Shown here: positions 40,467 to 49,283 of the stretch, in pieces
Position numbering within the stretch: position 1 is the stretch's first letter
Layout: each line of letters starts with the position of its first letter
NCBI GenBank assembly: GCA_963804645.1
Contig: CAWDRG010000017.1
Location: 416,001 to 480,000 of the forward strand
Reading direction: 5' to 3'
Origin: an uncultured Bacillota bacterium
Lineage (GTDB): Bacteria > Sysuimicrobiota > Sysuimicrobiia > Sysuimicrobiales > Segetimicrobiaceae
DNA: 64,000 nucleotides
Made by a program: the position numbers and the translations under genes
The notes under the pieces: generated by a model
Databases searched by the model: none
Seen by the model: only the letters and a program-made list of their open reading frames with translations
What the model was told of the DNA's origin: nothing

Positions 40467-41337
40467 CGTCCGCCTCCCGCCCGCTGGCGATCTCGGCGCG
40501 CAGATCCGCCCAGATGGCGTCGTAGACCGGGGCAAACCCCGGGGCTTCGTGGATGTGAAAGACGTCCCGCGGCCGGGGAATCGCGACCTCGCGGACCTCC
40601 TTGATCGTCCCCGGGGCGCGCGTGAAGATGCCGATGCGGTCCGACAGCGCGATCGCCTCGACCAGATCGTGCGTCACGAAGACGACTGTGCGCCCGCTGC
40701 CCTGCCACAACCGCAGCAGCTCGTCCTGCAGCACGAGGCGCGTCTGTGCATCGAGCGGCCCGAACGGCTCGTCCATCAGGATCACGTTGACGCTGTCGTC
40801 GACGAGCGTGCGGACGATCGACACCCGCTTGCGCATGCCCCCGGACAGCTCGTGGGGATAGTGGTGTTCGAAGCCCCGCAGGCCGACCCGGTCGAGATAG
40901 GCGAGCGCCCGCGCCGTCCGCTCGGCGCGCCCGACGCCCTTGAGCTCGAGCGCGATCTCGACGTTCCCGAGCGTCGTGCGCCACGGCAGCAGGTTGTCGT
41001 CCTGCGTGATGTACCCGCCGCGGGTGTTGACGCCGCGAATCGGCTGCCCGTCCTGCAGCACCGCCCCGTCCGTCGGCGCCGTCAGGCCCGCGAACATGTT
41101 CAGCACGGTCGACTTGCCGCACCCCGACGGCCCGATCAGCGTCAGGAACTCGCCCCGCCGCACGGTCAGGTTCACGGCGCGCACCGCCGTCATCGCCCGG
41201 CGGCTGCGTCGGGTGCGCGAGACGAACACCTTGTAGACGTCGCGGGCCTCCAGGGCGACCGGCCCATCCGCCGACACCGCGCGCGCCTGTGGTCCTACCG
41301 TCGCCGCCGAAGGCTCCTCAGCGGCGCGGAGCCCCAT
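40459..41337 (-). CDS. ABC ATP-binding protein (SsuB/TauB type)
   Basis: GPSGCGKST, LLPWRT, LSGGMRKR, MDEPFG, VTHD. Confidence 0.93.
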   Translation of the reverse strand: MGLRAAEEPSAATVGPQARAVSADGPVALEARDVYKVFVSRTRRSRRAMTAVRAVNLTVRRGEFLTLIGPSGCGKSTVLNMFAGLTAPTDGAVLQDGQPIRGVNTRGGYITQDDNLLPWRTTLGNVEIALELKGVGRAERTARALAYLDRVGLRGFEHHYPHELSGGMRKRVSIVRTLVDDSVNVILMDEPFGPLDAQTRLVLQDELLRLWQGSGRTVVFVTHDLVEAIALSDRIGIFTRAPGTIKEVREVAIPRPRDVFHIHEAPGFAPVYDAIWADLRAEIASGREADGE

Positions 41338-42220
41338 CGAGCCGCTCGCGCAGAAGACGCATGATGACCTGCCACTCGTTGTACCCGGTCCGGCGCGGCG
41401 CGGTGGCGGCCTGCCCGCGGGCCCAGATGACCTTCCGGCCGAGCTGCTCCGCCGCGGCGAAGTCGACGCTGCCCGGAGGCGAGCACAGGTCGATGATCAC
41501 GACGTCGTCGGCCGTGCGGGCGAGCAGTTCGCGCGTCAGCACCAACCCGGATGAGGAGCTGACGATCAGCGGAAACCGGTCGATCGTCCCGGGAAGCTCC
41601 GACAGCGGGAGCGCGGTCATCCCCATCGCCCACGCGCGCGCGAGCTGGGAGGGATTGCGGGCCGCGAGCGTCACCCGGGCCTGCAGCCCGAGAAACGCCT
41701 GGGCGACGCTGAGACCGACGCGGCCGAGCCCGAGACAGAGCATCGGCAGGCCGAGGATCGTCTCCTCGGTGTTCTCGATCGCCACCTTCACCGCGCCCTC
41801 GGCGGTCGGCACGGCGTGCAGAATCGCGAGCGGATCGTCGTCCCCGTATCCGACCGGAGTCACCGGGGTGCCCTTCGCCCACGCTTCGATCTGCGGGTTC
41901 GCCCGCCCCATGAACATCAAGGCGCCCGGGGCGGCGCCGCGCAGCACTTCGGTCGTGGTAAACAGTTTCTCCTTTGCGAACGGGGCATACAGGCTGTGGT
42001 CCGTGCCGAGTCCGGGGATCGGGGCCGAGATCAACCTGGCGCCCGCGACGGCCTGCGCCAGCGAGGGCGACGCGGGCGCACCCGCCGCCTGGTCGGCCCC
42101 GGGCGCGGTCCCGTAGTGCTGCACCGACGCGCCCGACGCGCGCGCCTGGCGCATGTGCTCGAGCGCCCGCCGGTCGCCCCCGACGACCGCGACCGTCCAC
42201 CCCGACAGATCCACCGCCAT
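41318..42220 (-). CDS. Dipicolinate synthase subunit A (DpaA/SpoVFA)-like NAD-binding protein
   Basis: AVVGGDRR, PTAEG, TEETILG, LGLGRVG, AARN..LAR, IDLCSPPGSVDF, APRRTG; colinear with DpaA over the full length. Confidence 0.82.
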   Translation of the reverse strand: MAVDLSGWTVAVVGGDRRALEHMRQARASGASVQHYGTAPGADQAAGAPASPSLAQAVAGARLISAPIPGLGTDHSLYAPFAKEKLFTTTEVLRGAAPGALMFMGRANPQIEAWAKGTPVTPVGYGDDDPLAILHAVPTAEGAVKVAIENTEETILGLPMLCLGLGRVGLSVAQAFLGLQARVTLAARNPSQLARAWAMGMTALPLSELPGTIDRFPLIVSSSSGLVLTRELLARTADDVVIIDLCSPPGSVDFAAAEQLGRKVIWARGQAATAPRRTGYNEWQVIMRLLRERLDGAPRR

Positions 42221-42292
42221 CCTGTCCCTCCCTCTGACGCGGCGGCAGCGGGATCCCGGAGGCTGCCGGCCGCCCCGCGGGCTAGGCGCCCG

Positions 42293-43321
42293 CTACTTGA
42301 CGAAGCTGTTGGTCCACAGGACGCCCTCGGCGGTCGACGCCGCGACGGGCTGCCCGATCGTCTTGAAGATGTCGAGGTACCGCTGGACGCCCGCCTGCGA
42401 GAATCTCCCGTCGGGACTGATCGCCGGGAGGGTTGCGTCGAGTCCGACCGCGAGGCTGGCGGCCGGGGTATCGGGGAAGTACTTCTGTCCGAGAATCTGC
42501 AGCGCCTCGGTTTTGTTCGCGCGAATCCACGCCGTGGCCGCGGTCACCGAACGGGCGAACGCGGTCAGCGCCGGCCCGTTCTGCCGCGCGTACGCGGCCG
42601 AGGTGAAGAACCCGTCGTAGGTCGTGTTCGTGAATTCCGGCACGTCCCCCGCCGTGTCGCGGATGATGATCTGGCCCACGCCCTCCTGCTCCAGCGTCTG
42701 CGGGAGCGGCGGCGAGAGCAGGAACGCGTCGATCCGGCCGGCCCGCAGCGCGGCCGCCAGCCCGGCGACCCCGCCGACCTGCACCAGATTCGCGTCACGA
42801 TCGGGGTTGAGACCCGCTTTGATCAGGAAGTACCGCGCAAACACGTCCGTCGGCGCGCCGGGTGCCGTGATTCCGATGTTCAAGCCCTTGAGCGCCGCGT
42901 ACCGCCTCGGCAGCGACGAGAAGCGGCTGACGCCGGTCTTCTGGATGACGCTGTTTCGAACGATGAGGTCGAGCGTCACGCGCGTGACCAGGTTGTAGAA
43001 CAAGATCAGCTGCTTCCCCTGTGCCTGCACGTTGGCGATGCCCAGCGGGTCGAGATCGGACAGCTGGGCGTCGCCCGACAGCACCGTCGCCGGCCCGAGC
43101 GCTCCGCTGTTGATCTCCTGGAAGCTAAAATCGACCCCGTTTTGGGCGAAGAAGCCCTTCTCCTGCGCGATGAAAATCGGCGCGATGTACAGGACCCGAA
43201 ACCCCGTCTGCTTGATCTTGAATCGGGGCGCCTGCGCCAGACCGGTCGCGGGCGCGAAGGCCACCGACAGCAGCACCAGCAGCGCGAGTACCGTCCGGAT
43301 CGTTCGGCTCGAGGCTCGCAT
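42293..43321 (-). CDS. ABC substrate-binding protein (SsuA/NMT1 type)
   Basis: Signal peptide, YIAPIFIAQEKGFF, LKGLNIGIT, AALRAGRIDA; GAGGAGG RBS. Confidence 0.9.
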   Translation of the reverse strand: MRASSRTIRTVLALLVLLSVAFAPATGLAQAPRFKIKQTGFRVLYIAPIFIAQEKGFFAQNGVDFSFQEINSGALGPATVLSGDAQLSDLDPLGIANVQAQGKQLILFYNLVTRVTLDLIVRNSVIQKTGVSRFSSLPRRYAALKGLNIGITAPGAPTDVFARYFLIKAGLNPDRDANLVQVGGVAGLAAALRAGRIDAFLLSPPLPQTLEQEGVGQIIIRDTAGDVPEFTNTTYDGFFTSAAYARQNGPALTAFARSVTAATAWIRANKTEALQILGQKYFPDTPAASLAVGLDATLPAISPDGRFSQAGVQRYLDIFKTIGQPVAASTAEGVLWTNSFVK

Positions 43322-43451
43322 CGTCCCTCCTCGTGATTCCGCGCGCGCGAAACCGCGCGCGCCGTGCGGGATGTGGGAGGATCAGTACGCCGCCCGCGCA
43401 GCGCATTCCTTCACGGCGCGGCCGCACGGTCGCGATCCGGTGCGCTCGTGC

Positions 43452-44276
43452 CTACTCGGGAAGGTCCTCGGTCGGAGTCGAGATTGCCCGGTACGCATCG
43501 GGGCGCCGGTCTCGAAACAGCGGGAATCGCTGGCGGGCTCGGATCACGTCCTGCCGGTCGATCACCGCGGTGATGATCTGCTCTTCGGTGCCGCTCGCCT
43601 GCACCAGGATCTTCCCGTCCGGGCCGATCACCATGCTCTTGCCGGACATCCGCCACCCGCCCTCCTGGCCGACGTGGTTGCACGCGGCCAGAAACACGCC
43701 GTTCTCCAATGCCCGGGTCGTGAGAAAGTTCTCCCACGGATCGCCGATCGGCGTCGCGTACGGGGCGAGAATGAGCTCCGCCCCATTCAGCGCGAGGCAC
43801 CGGCACGATTCGGGGAAGAGATTGTCGTAGCACGTCGACACGCCGGCCCGCCACTCGCCGATGCGGAACGTCGGGAACGACGACCCGCCCCGGAAGTAGA
43901 TCTTCTCGAGGCTGAGCAGCGCCGCCGGATGTACCTTGCGGTACTTGCCCGCCACCGCGCCCTCCGGGTCAATCAACATCGCGGTGTCGTAGTAGAGACC
44001 CGGCGCGGCCATCTCGAAGATGGTCGACAGGATCCACAGGCGGTGGCGGCGCGCCAGCGCCTTGATGCGCGTTTGCGTGACGCCGTCGTCGGGCTCCGCG
44101 TAGTCCATGTACTTCGCGTCCCGGTATTGCGGGAAGTACTCGTGGTTGAAAAACTCCGGCAGCACGATGAGCTCCGCCCCGTCGGCGGCGGCGTGATCGA
44201 CGAACGCGGCGGCACGCTCGACGTTCGCGTCCCGGGCGGCCCTCTGGCTGGTCATCTGCACGAGCGCGATCCGCAT
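43452..44276 (-). CDS. Carbon-nitrogen hydrolase (nitrilase superfamily)
   Basis: E-K-C triad: VLPEFF, YRKVH, TCYD..FPE. Confidence 0.92.
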   Translation of the reverse strand: MRIALVQMTSQRAARDANVERAAAFVDHAAADGAELIVLPEFFNHEYFPQYRDAKYMDYAEPDDGVTQTRIKALARRHRLWILSTIFEMAAPGLYYDTAMLIDPEGAVAGKYRKVHPAALLSLEKIYFRGGSSFPTFRIGEWRAGVSTCYDNLFPESCRCLALNGAELILAPYATPIGDPWENFLTTRALENGVFLAACNHVGQEGGWRMSGKSMVIGPDGKILVQASGTEEQIITAVIDRQDVIRARQRFPLFRDRRPDAYRAISTPTEDLPE

Positions 44277-44312
44277 GAACGCCGTCCGATCTCCGACGGT
44301 CCGCTCGGCCGG

Positions 44313-44555
44313 TCAGCCGTGGGCCGCGGCGAGCGCCGCCCGCACGCCCGAGATCGTCACGTGCGACCGGACGAGTTCGACCCCGTCCAGCGTGAGCACC
44401 GGAATCACCGTCCCGTAGCGCGCGACCAGCTCGGGGTCGCGGGTGATATCGATGTGCTCGATTTCGTAGCCGAACTCGGGCTGCAGGTGGTCGGCGACCC
44501 GCTGCGCTTTCTCACATAAACAGCAGTCGGGTTTCCCGTAGATCCGCAGCGTCAC
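44313..44555 (-). CDS. Glutaredoxin-like protein (DUF836)
   Basis: IYGKPDCCLC, IDI..DPEL..RYG..IPV; GTGA overlap. Confidence 0.85.
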   Translation of the reverse strand: MTLRIYGKPDCCLCEKAQRVADHLQPEFGYEIEHIDITRDPELVARYGTVIPVLTLDGVELVRSHVTISGVRAALAAAHG

Positions 44556-45277
44556 GGCGCCACCGCGCGCGCGAAGTGCATCGCCGGCAGCTCGCGCGCC
44601 GCCGGCACGGTCACGCTCGGGCGCGACGTCACCGTGATCCGCAGCCCGAGGCCGCGGAGTCCATCCACGACGCCGCCGCGGATGCTCATGGCCCCGGTCA
44701 GGGCCTCGGGGTCGCCGATCGCCACGATGTCGTACGGGGCCGCCAGCCGCTGCCCCCCCGCGATGATCGTGCCCCCGACCTGGCTCAGGCCGGTGGTCGC
44801 GACGACGCGGTACCCGCTCACCGCGATCGCCTCGGCGCCGGCCGCCCACAGCTCGTTGGCAATGCTGGCCACGTCGACGTACTGGACGACCGCGGGTGCC
44901 GCGCCCCCGGCCGGCGTCGACCCGTCGTCGACGGTGACGCGCACGCCGGGCCCGGTAAGGGCGACCGCCCCAGCCGCGATCCGGAGCCGCTCCAGCTCCT
45001 CCGCGAGCGCGCGATCCGAACTGCGCCGCTGCGTCGCCGCGGTCTCGAACGCGGTCAGCCGCGTGGTCAGCGACGCGACCTGCGCTTCAAGGCCCCGCCG
45101 CGCCTCGCGCTCCTGCCCGAGCATCGTGGCGAGCGCGTACACGTTGCGCGTGGGGACGCCTTCCTGGCCCGACAGCGCCCGTCCCGCCCGCAGCTGCACG
45201 ACGACGAGAAACCCAAGCGCCATCAAGACCACGGCGAAGAGCACCTGCCGCCAGGCCGTGCTACTCCTCCCAGACAT
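44552..45277 (-). CDS. DUF881-family protein
   Basis: N-terminal TM and coiled coil, AG..ALTGPGV.VTVDD, ANELWAAGAEAIAV, PYDIVAIGDP. Confidence 0.88.
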   Translation of the reverse strand: MSGRSSTAWRQVLFAVVLMALGFLVVVQLRAGRALSGQEGVPTRNVYALATMLGQEREARRGLEAQVASLTTRLTAFETAATQRRSSDRALAEELERLRIAAGAVALTGPGVRVTVDDGSTPAGGAAPAVVQYVDVASIANELWAAGAEAIAVSGYRVVATTGLSQVGGTIIAGGQRLAAPYDIVAIGDPEALTGAMSIRGGVVDGLRGLGLRITVTSRPSVTVPAARELPAMHFARAVAP

Positions 45278-48200
45278 TCCCCTCGCCGAAGAGCTGCTCG
45301 AGCTCCTGTTGCAGATCCTCGTCGTCGCGCAACCGGGACTGCACCGGGATGACGTGCTCGCCGTCGTCCGTGACGACGTGCGCGCAGACCTGCCGTTCGC
45401 CCGGGTGCGCCGCGAGGTACTCGCAGAGCTGCTCGATCTCCTCCCGCGTGGTCACGCGCACCCGCAGCACGCGCCGCCCGGCATGGGCCGCCTCGGCGGG
45501 TTCAGGCGGTGCGGGCCGCACCGCCGTCGCGGTCGCCGCCGTGCGCGCGGCGCCGCCTCCGTTGCCGTTGGACGCGCCGGCGCGCCCGGGCCCCCGGGCG
45601 GCGCGGGGCGCCCGCGGGGGCACCTCGAGATGCGCCGCCTCCTCCGGTGTCGCCGGGAGCGGGATCACCTCGTCGCAGAGCAGCTTCACGCCCTGCTCCT
45701 CGATGTCGAGCCTGCCCCGCAGCAGTACCACGGTGTCCCGCTTGAGCGCCAACCCATGCTGCTCGTACGCCCGGGGAAACACCAGGACCTCCACGCTGCC
45801 CGTGAGATCTTCCAGCGTCAGGAACGCCATCGCCGAGCCGGCCCGCGTGATGCTGCGCTTCACCGAGCCGACCAGCCCGCCGACGAGGACGTCCTGGCGA
45901 TCTCGGAGCTCCGCGAGCTGTCCGATCGTGGCGGTGACCTTCGCGTCGAGCACCGGCTGCCACCGGCGAAGCGGGTGGTCGGAGATGTAGAGGCCCAGCA
46001 TCTCCCGCTCCATCGTGAGGCGCTCCTCGGAGCTGAACTCCTGTGCCGTCGCATCGGGGCCGGCCGCGAGCGGCACCGCGCTCCCGAGGTCGAACAGACC
46101 GGTCTGCCCCTGCGACCGCGCGCGCTGGCTCCGCTGGGCCTGCTCGACGGTCTCGTCGAGCGTCTGCAGCATCTGCGCGCGCGTCGTCCCGAGCGAATCG
46201 CAGGCCCCCGCCTTCACCAGGCTGGCGAGCACCCGCTGGTTGACCTGGCGGGTGTCCACCCGGGCGCACAGGTCCGCGAGGCTCGAGAACGGCCCGCCCG
46301 ACTCCCGTGCCGCGATGATCACCTCCACCGCGCCCACCCCGACGTTCCGGATCGCGGCGAGCCCGAACCGAATCGCCCCGCCGACCACGGTGAACGATGC
46401 GTGGCTCTCATTCACGTCGGGGGGCAGGATCTCGAGCCCCATCCGCTGGCACTCGGCGACGGCCTGCGCGATCCGCTCCATGTCGCCGGCGGTACTGCTC
46501 AGGACCGCGGTCATGTACTCGGCCGAGTAATGCGCCTTGAGGTAGGCGGTGTAGTAGGCGATCAGCCCGTAGCAGGCGGCGTGCGCGCGGTTGAAGCCGT
46601 ACCGTGCGAACGGCTCGAACTGTTCGAAGATCTGGTCGACGATCTTGGCCGGCACGCGGTTCTTGCGCGCGCCCTCGACGAACTTCTCGCGCTGCGCGAG
46701 CAGGCGGTCCTTGATCTTCTTGCGGATCGCGTAGCACAGGACGTCGGCCTCGGCCATCGTGTAGCCCGCGACCGCCTGCGCGACCGTCATGATGTCTTCC
46801 TGGTACACCATCACCCCGTAGGTCTCTTTGAGCACCGGCTCGAGCAGGGGGTGGAGATACGTCACCGGCTCCTGGCCGTGCTTGCGCCGGATGTACGCGG
46901 GAATGTTCGCCATCGGTCCCGGCCGGAAGAGCGCCACCATGGCCATCACGTCTTCGATCCGGTCGGGCTTGAGCTCCCGCAGCCAGCGCGTCATCCCCCG
47001 GCCCTCCAGCTGGAAGATGCCGGTGGTGTCGCCGGACCCCAGAAGCGCATAGGTCGGCTGATCGTCGAGCGGCAGGCGCTGGAGGTCAATCTCCGCTCCC
47101 CGCGTCTCGCGGATCATCTTGATCGCCTGGTCGAGGATGGTCAAGTTCGTGAGGCCGAGAAAGTCCATCTTCAAGAGGCCGAGGCGGGCTACGCTGTTCA
47201 TGTCGTACTGCGTCATCAACAGATCGCCCTTGGTGGCCCGCTGCAGCGGCACCTGGTCGGTCAGGGGGTCGCGCGAGATGATCACGCCCGCGGCGTGGGT
47301 GCTGGCGTGCCGGGCCACGCCCTCGAGCTTCTGCGCCATGTCGAGGAGCTGGCGGATCTGCGGGCTGGCCTCGGCGGCCCCCCGGAGCTCGGGCTCGGCG
47401 GCGAGCGCGTCCTTCAGCGTCACGTTCGCGCCGGGCACGAGTTTCGCGATGCGGTCGACGTCGCCGTACGGCAGGCTCATCACCCGCCCGACATCGCGGA
47501 TCGCCGCACGCGCCCCCATCGTCCCGAACGTGATGATCTGCGCCACCCGGTCCGCGCCGTACTTGTCGACCACGTACTTGATGACCTCGTCGCGCCGGCT
47601 GTCCATGAAGTCCACGTCGATATCCGGCATCGTGTACCGCTCGAGGTTCAGGAACCGGTCGAACGGGAGACGATACGCGATCGGATCGACATCGGTCACC
47701 CCGCACGAGTACAACACAAGGCTGCCGGCCGCCGACCCGCGGACCGTGGTCAGGATGCCGCTGCGCCGCGCGAAGTTGACGAAGTCCTGCACGATCAGAA
47801 AGTAGGCCGCGTAGCCCGTCTTCGTGATCACGCCGAGCTCGTACTCGAGCCGCTCGCGGCGCGCCGGCGTCATCTCCCCGTAGATCCGGACGATTCCCCG
47901 TTCGCAGAGCCCTCGAAGATAGGAATCCGGCGTCTCCCCCTTGGGGACGTCGACGTGCGGCAACTTGATCGTATCGGTGTCGAGCGTGACGGTGCACCGC
48001 TCGGCGATCACCAGCGTGTTGCGGAGCGCCTCGGGCAGATCGGGGAAGCGTGCCGCCATCTCTTCGGGGCTCTTCAGGTAGAAATCCGGCGTGTCGTTCA
48101 TCCGGGGCTTATCGTGCTGGTCGAGGGTCATCCCCATCTGGATGCACATCAGGGCGTCCTGCGCGTCGGCCTCGTCCCGGGTCACGTAGTGGACGTCGTT

Positions 48201-48815
48201 CGTTGCCACCAGCGGCAGCCCGAGCTCCTTCGCCAGCCGCACGACCCCCGCGGCTACGGTGCGCTGGTCGGGGAGCCCGTGATTCTGGACCTCGAGGTAG
48301 AAGTTCTCGGGGCCGAGGATGTCGCGGTAGGCGACGGCGAGCTCGCGGGCCGCCTTCCAATCGTCCCGGAGAATGGCCCGTGGGATCTCGCCCTGCAGGC
48401 ACCCCGACAAGCCGATCAGCCCCTTCGCGTGCCGGCTGAGGAGCTCCCGGTCGATCCGCGGCTTGTAGTAAAAGCCGTCCAGATGCGCGGCGGTCGTCAG
48501 CTTGAGCAGGTTGCGGTAGCCGTCGTCGCTGGCGGCCAAGAGCACGAGGTGAAACGACGACGCGTCGAGCTTCGGGTCGCGATCGGTCATGCGCCGGGCC
48601 GCGACGTAGGCCTCCATGCCGATGATCGGGCGGATGCCGTGCGCCTTTGCGCTCTCGTAGAACTCCACGGCGCCGTACATCACGCCGTGGTCGGTGATCG
48701 CGAGCGCCGGAATCCCGAGCGCGGCGGCTCGCTGCATCAGGGGGTCGATTCGACTCTCGCCGTCGAGGAGCGAATACTCAGTGTGCAGGTGGCAGTGTGC
48801 GAACTCAGCGGGCAT
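45261..48815 (-). CDS. dnaE: DNA polymerase III alpha subunit
   Basis: HCHLHTEYSLLDG PHP domain, RGSAAGS, MPDIDVDF, KMDFLG, OB fold; AGGAG RBS, TGgTACAAT at 48856-48848. Confidence 0.97.
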   Translation of the reverse strand: MPAEFAHCHLHTEYSLLDGESRIDPLMQRAAALGIPALAITDHGVMYGAVEFYESAKAHGIRPIIGMEAYVAARRMTDRDPKLDASSFHLVLLAASDDGYRNLLKLTTAAHLDGFYYKPRIDRELLSRHAKGLIGLSGCLQGEIPRAILRDDWKAARELAVAYRDILGPENFYLEVQNHGLPDQRTVAAGVVRLAKELGLPLVATNDVHYVTRDEADAQDALMCIQMGMTLDQHDKPRMNDTPDFYLKSPEEMAARFPDLPEALRNTLVIAERCTVTLDTDTIKLPHVDVPKGETPDSYLRGLCERGIVRIYGEMTPARRERLEYELGVITKTGYAAYFLIVQDFVNFARRSGILTTVRGSAAGSLVLYSCGVTDVDPIAYRLPFDRFLNLERYTMPDIDVDFMDSRRDEVIKYVVDKYGADRVAQIITFGTMGARAAIRDVGRVMSLPYGDVDRIAKLVPGANVTLKDALAAEPELRGAAEASPQIRQLLDMAQKLEGVARHASTHAAGVIISRDPLTDQVPLQRATKGDLLMTQYDMNSVARLGLLKMDFLGLTNLTILDQAIKMIRETRGAEIDLQRLPLDDQPTYALLGSGDTTGIFQLEGRGMTRWLRELKPDRIEDVMAMVALFRPGPMANIPAYIRRKHGQEPVTYLHPLLEPVLKETYGVMVYQEDIMTVAQAVAGYTMAEADVLCYAIRKKIKDRLLAQREKFVEGARKNRVPAKIVDQIFEQFEPFARYGFNRAHAACYGLIAYYTAYLKAHYSAEYMTAVLSSTAGDMERIAQAVAECQRMGLEILPPDVNESHASFTVVGGAIRFGLAAIRNVGVGAVEVIIAARESGGPFSSLADLCARVDTRQVNQRVLASLVKAGACDSLGTTRAQMLQTLDETVEQAQRSQRARSQGQTGLFDLGSAVPLAAGPDATAQEFSSEERLTMEREMLGLYISDHPLRRWQPVLDAKVTATIGQLAELRDRQDVLVGGLVGSVKRSITRAGSAMAFLTLEDLTGSVEVLVFPRAYEQHGLALKRDTVVLLRGRLDIEEQGVKLLCDEVIPLPATPEEAAHLEVPPRAPRAARGPGRAGASNGNGGGAARTAATATAVRPAPPEPAEAAHAGRRVLRVRVTTREEIEQLCEYLAAHPGERQVCAHVVTDDGEHVIPVQSRLRDDEDLQQELEQLFGEGNVWEE

Positions 48816-48904
48816 CCAGCGTCTCCTGGCAGTGGACAACTGCTCTCATTGTACCAGAACTGGTGTACGGTTTCCTGCTCGGGGCGCTCGGCTCGACCGG
48901 CAAC

Positions 48905-49195
48905 TCACCGATCGTGGTGGCGCTCCTCGATCAGCACCGTTAGCGCGCGGCCGCGCCGGTCCTTGGGACGTGGACGGTCCCAAAACTCCCGGGACAGGGC
49001 GCGCTCGGCTGGCCGTGCCAATCCCGCCCGACATAGGAACGCCACGCGGGCTTCGTGCCGGGCTGGCACGCCGACGGGGCAGAGACGGGCCACCGGCACG
49101 TTGCGGTCTGTCACGATCGTCTCCTCGCCCGCCTTGGCCGCGTCCACGTACTCGCTCAAACGGGCCTTCCGCGCGGCGATCGATGCGCGCCTCAC
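48905..49195 (-). CDS. Phd/YefM-family antitoxin, orphan and possibly degenerate
   Basis: SI...KARLSEYV..AKAGEETIVTDRNVPVARL N-terminal domain, C-terminal LIEER; no toxin gene downstream. Confidence 0.7.
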   Translation of the reverse strand: MRRASIAARKARLSEYVDAAKAGEETIVTDRNVPVARLCPVGVPARHEARVAFLCRAGLARPAERALSREFWDRPRPKDRRGRALTVLIEERHHDR

Positions 49196-49283
49196 CGGAT
49201 CACCCCCGGGGGAAACTCGAGACCACTATAGTCGCACCGCATGCCTTCGGCAAGCGGTGCTGACGACTCTCAGCCGCCGAGGT

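Noticed and set aside
41318..45277. Sporulation locus suggested by the DpaA-like and DUF881 genes and SigH-like promoters
   Set aside because: No dpaB or other spo genes are in the window, and the context is transport/catabolic.
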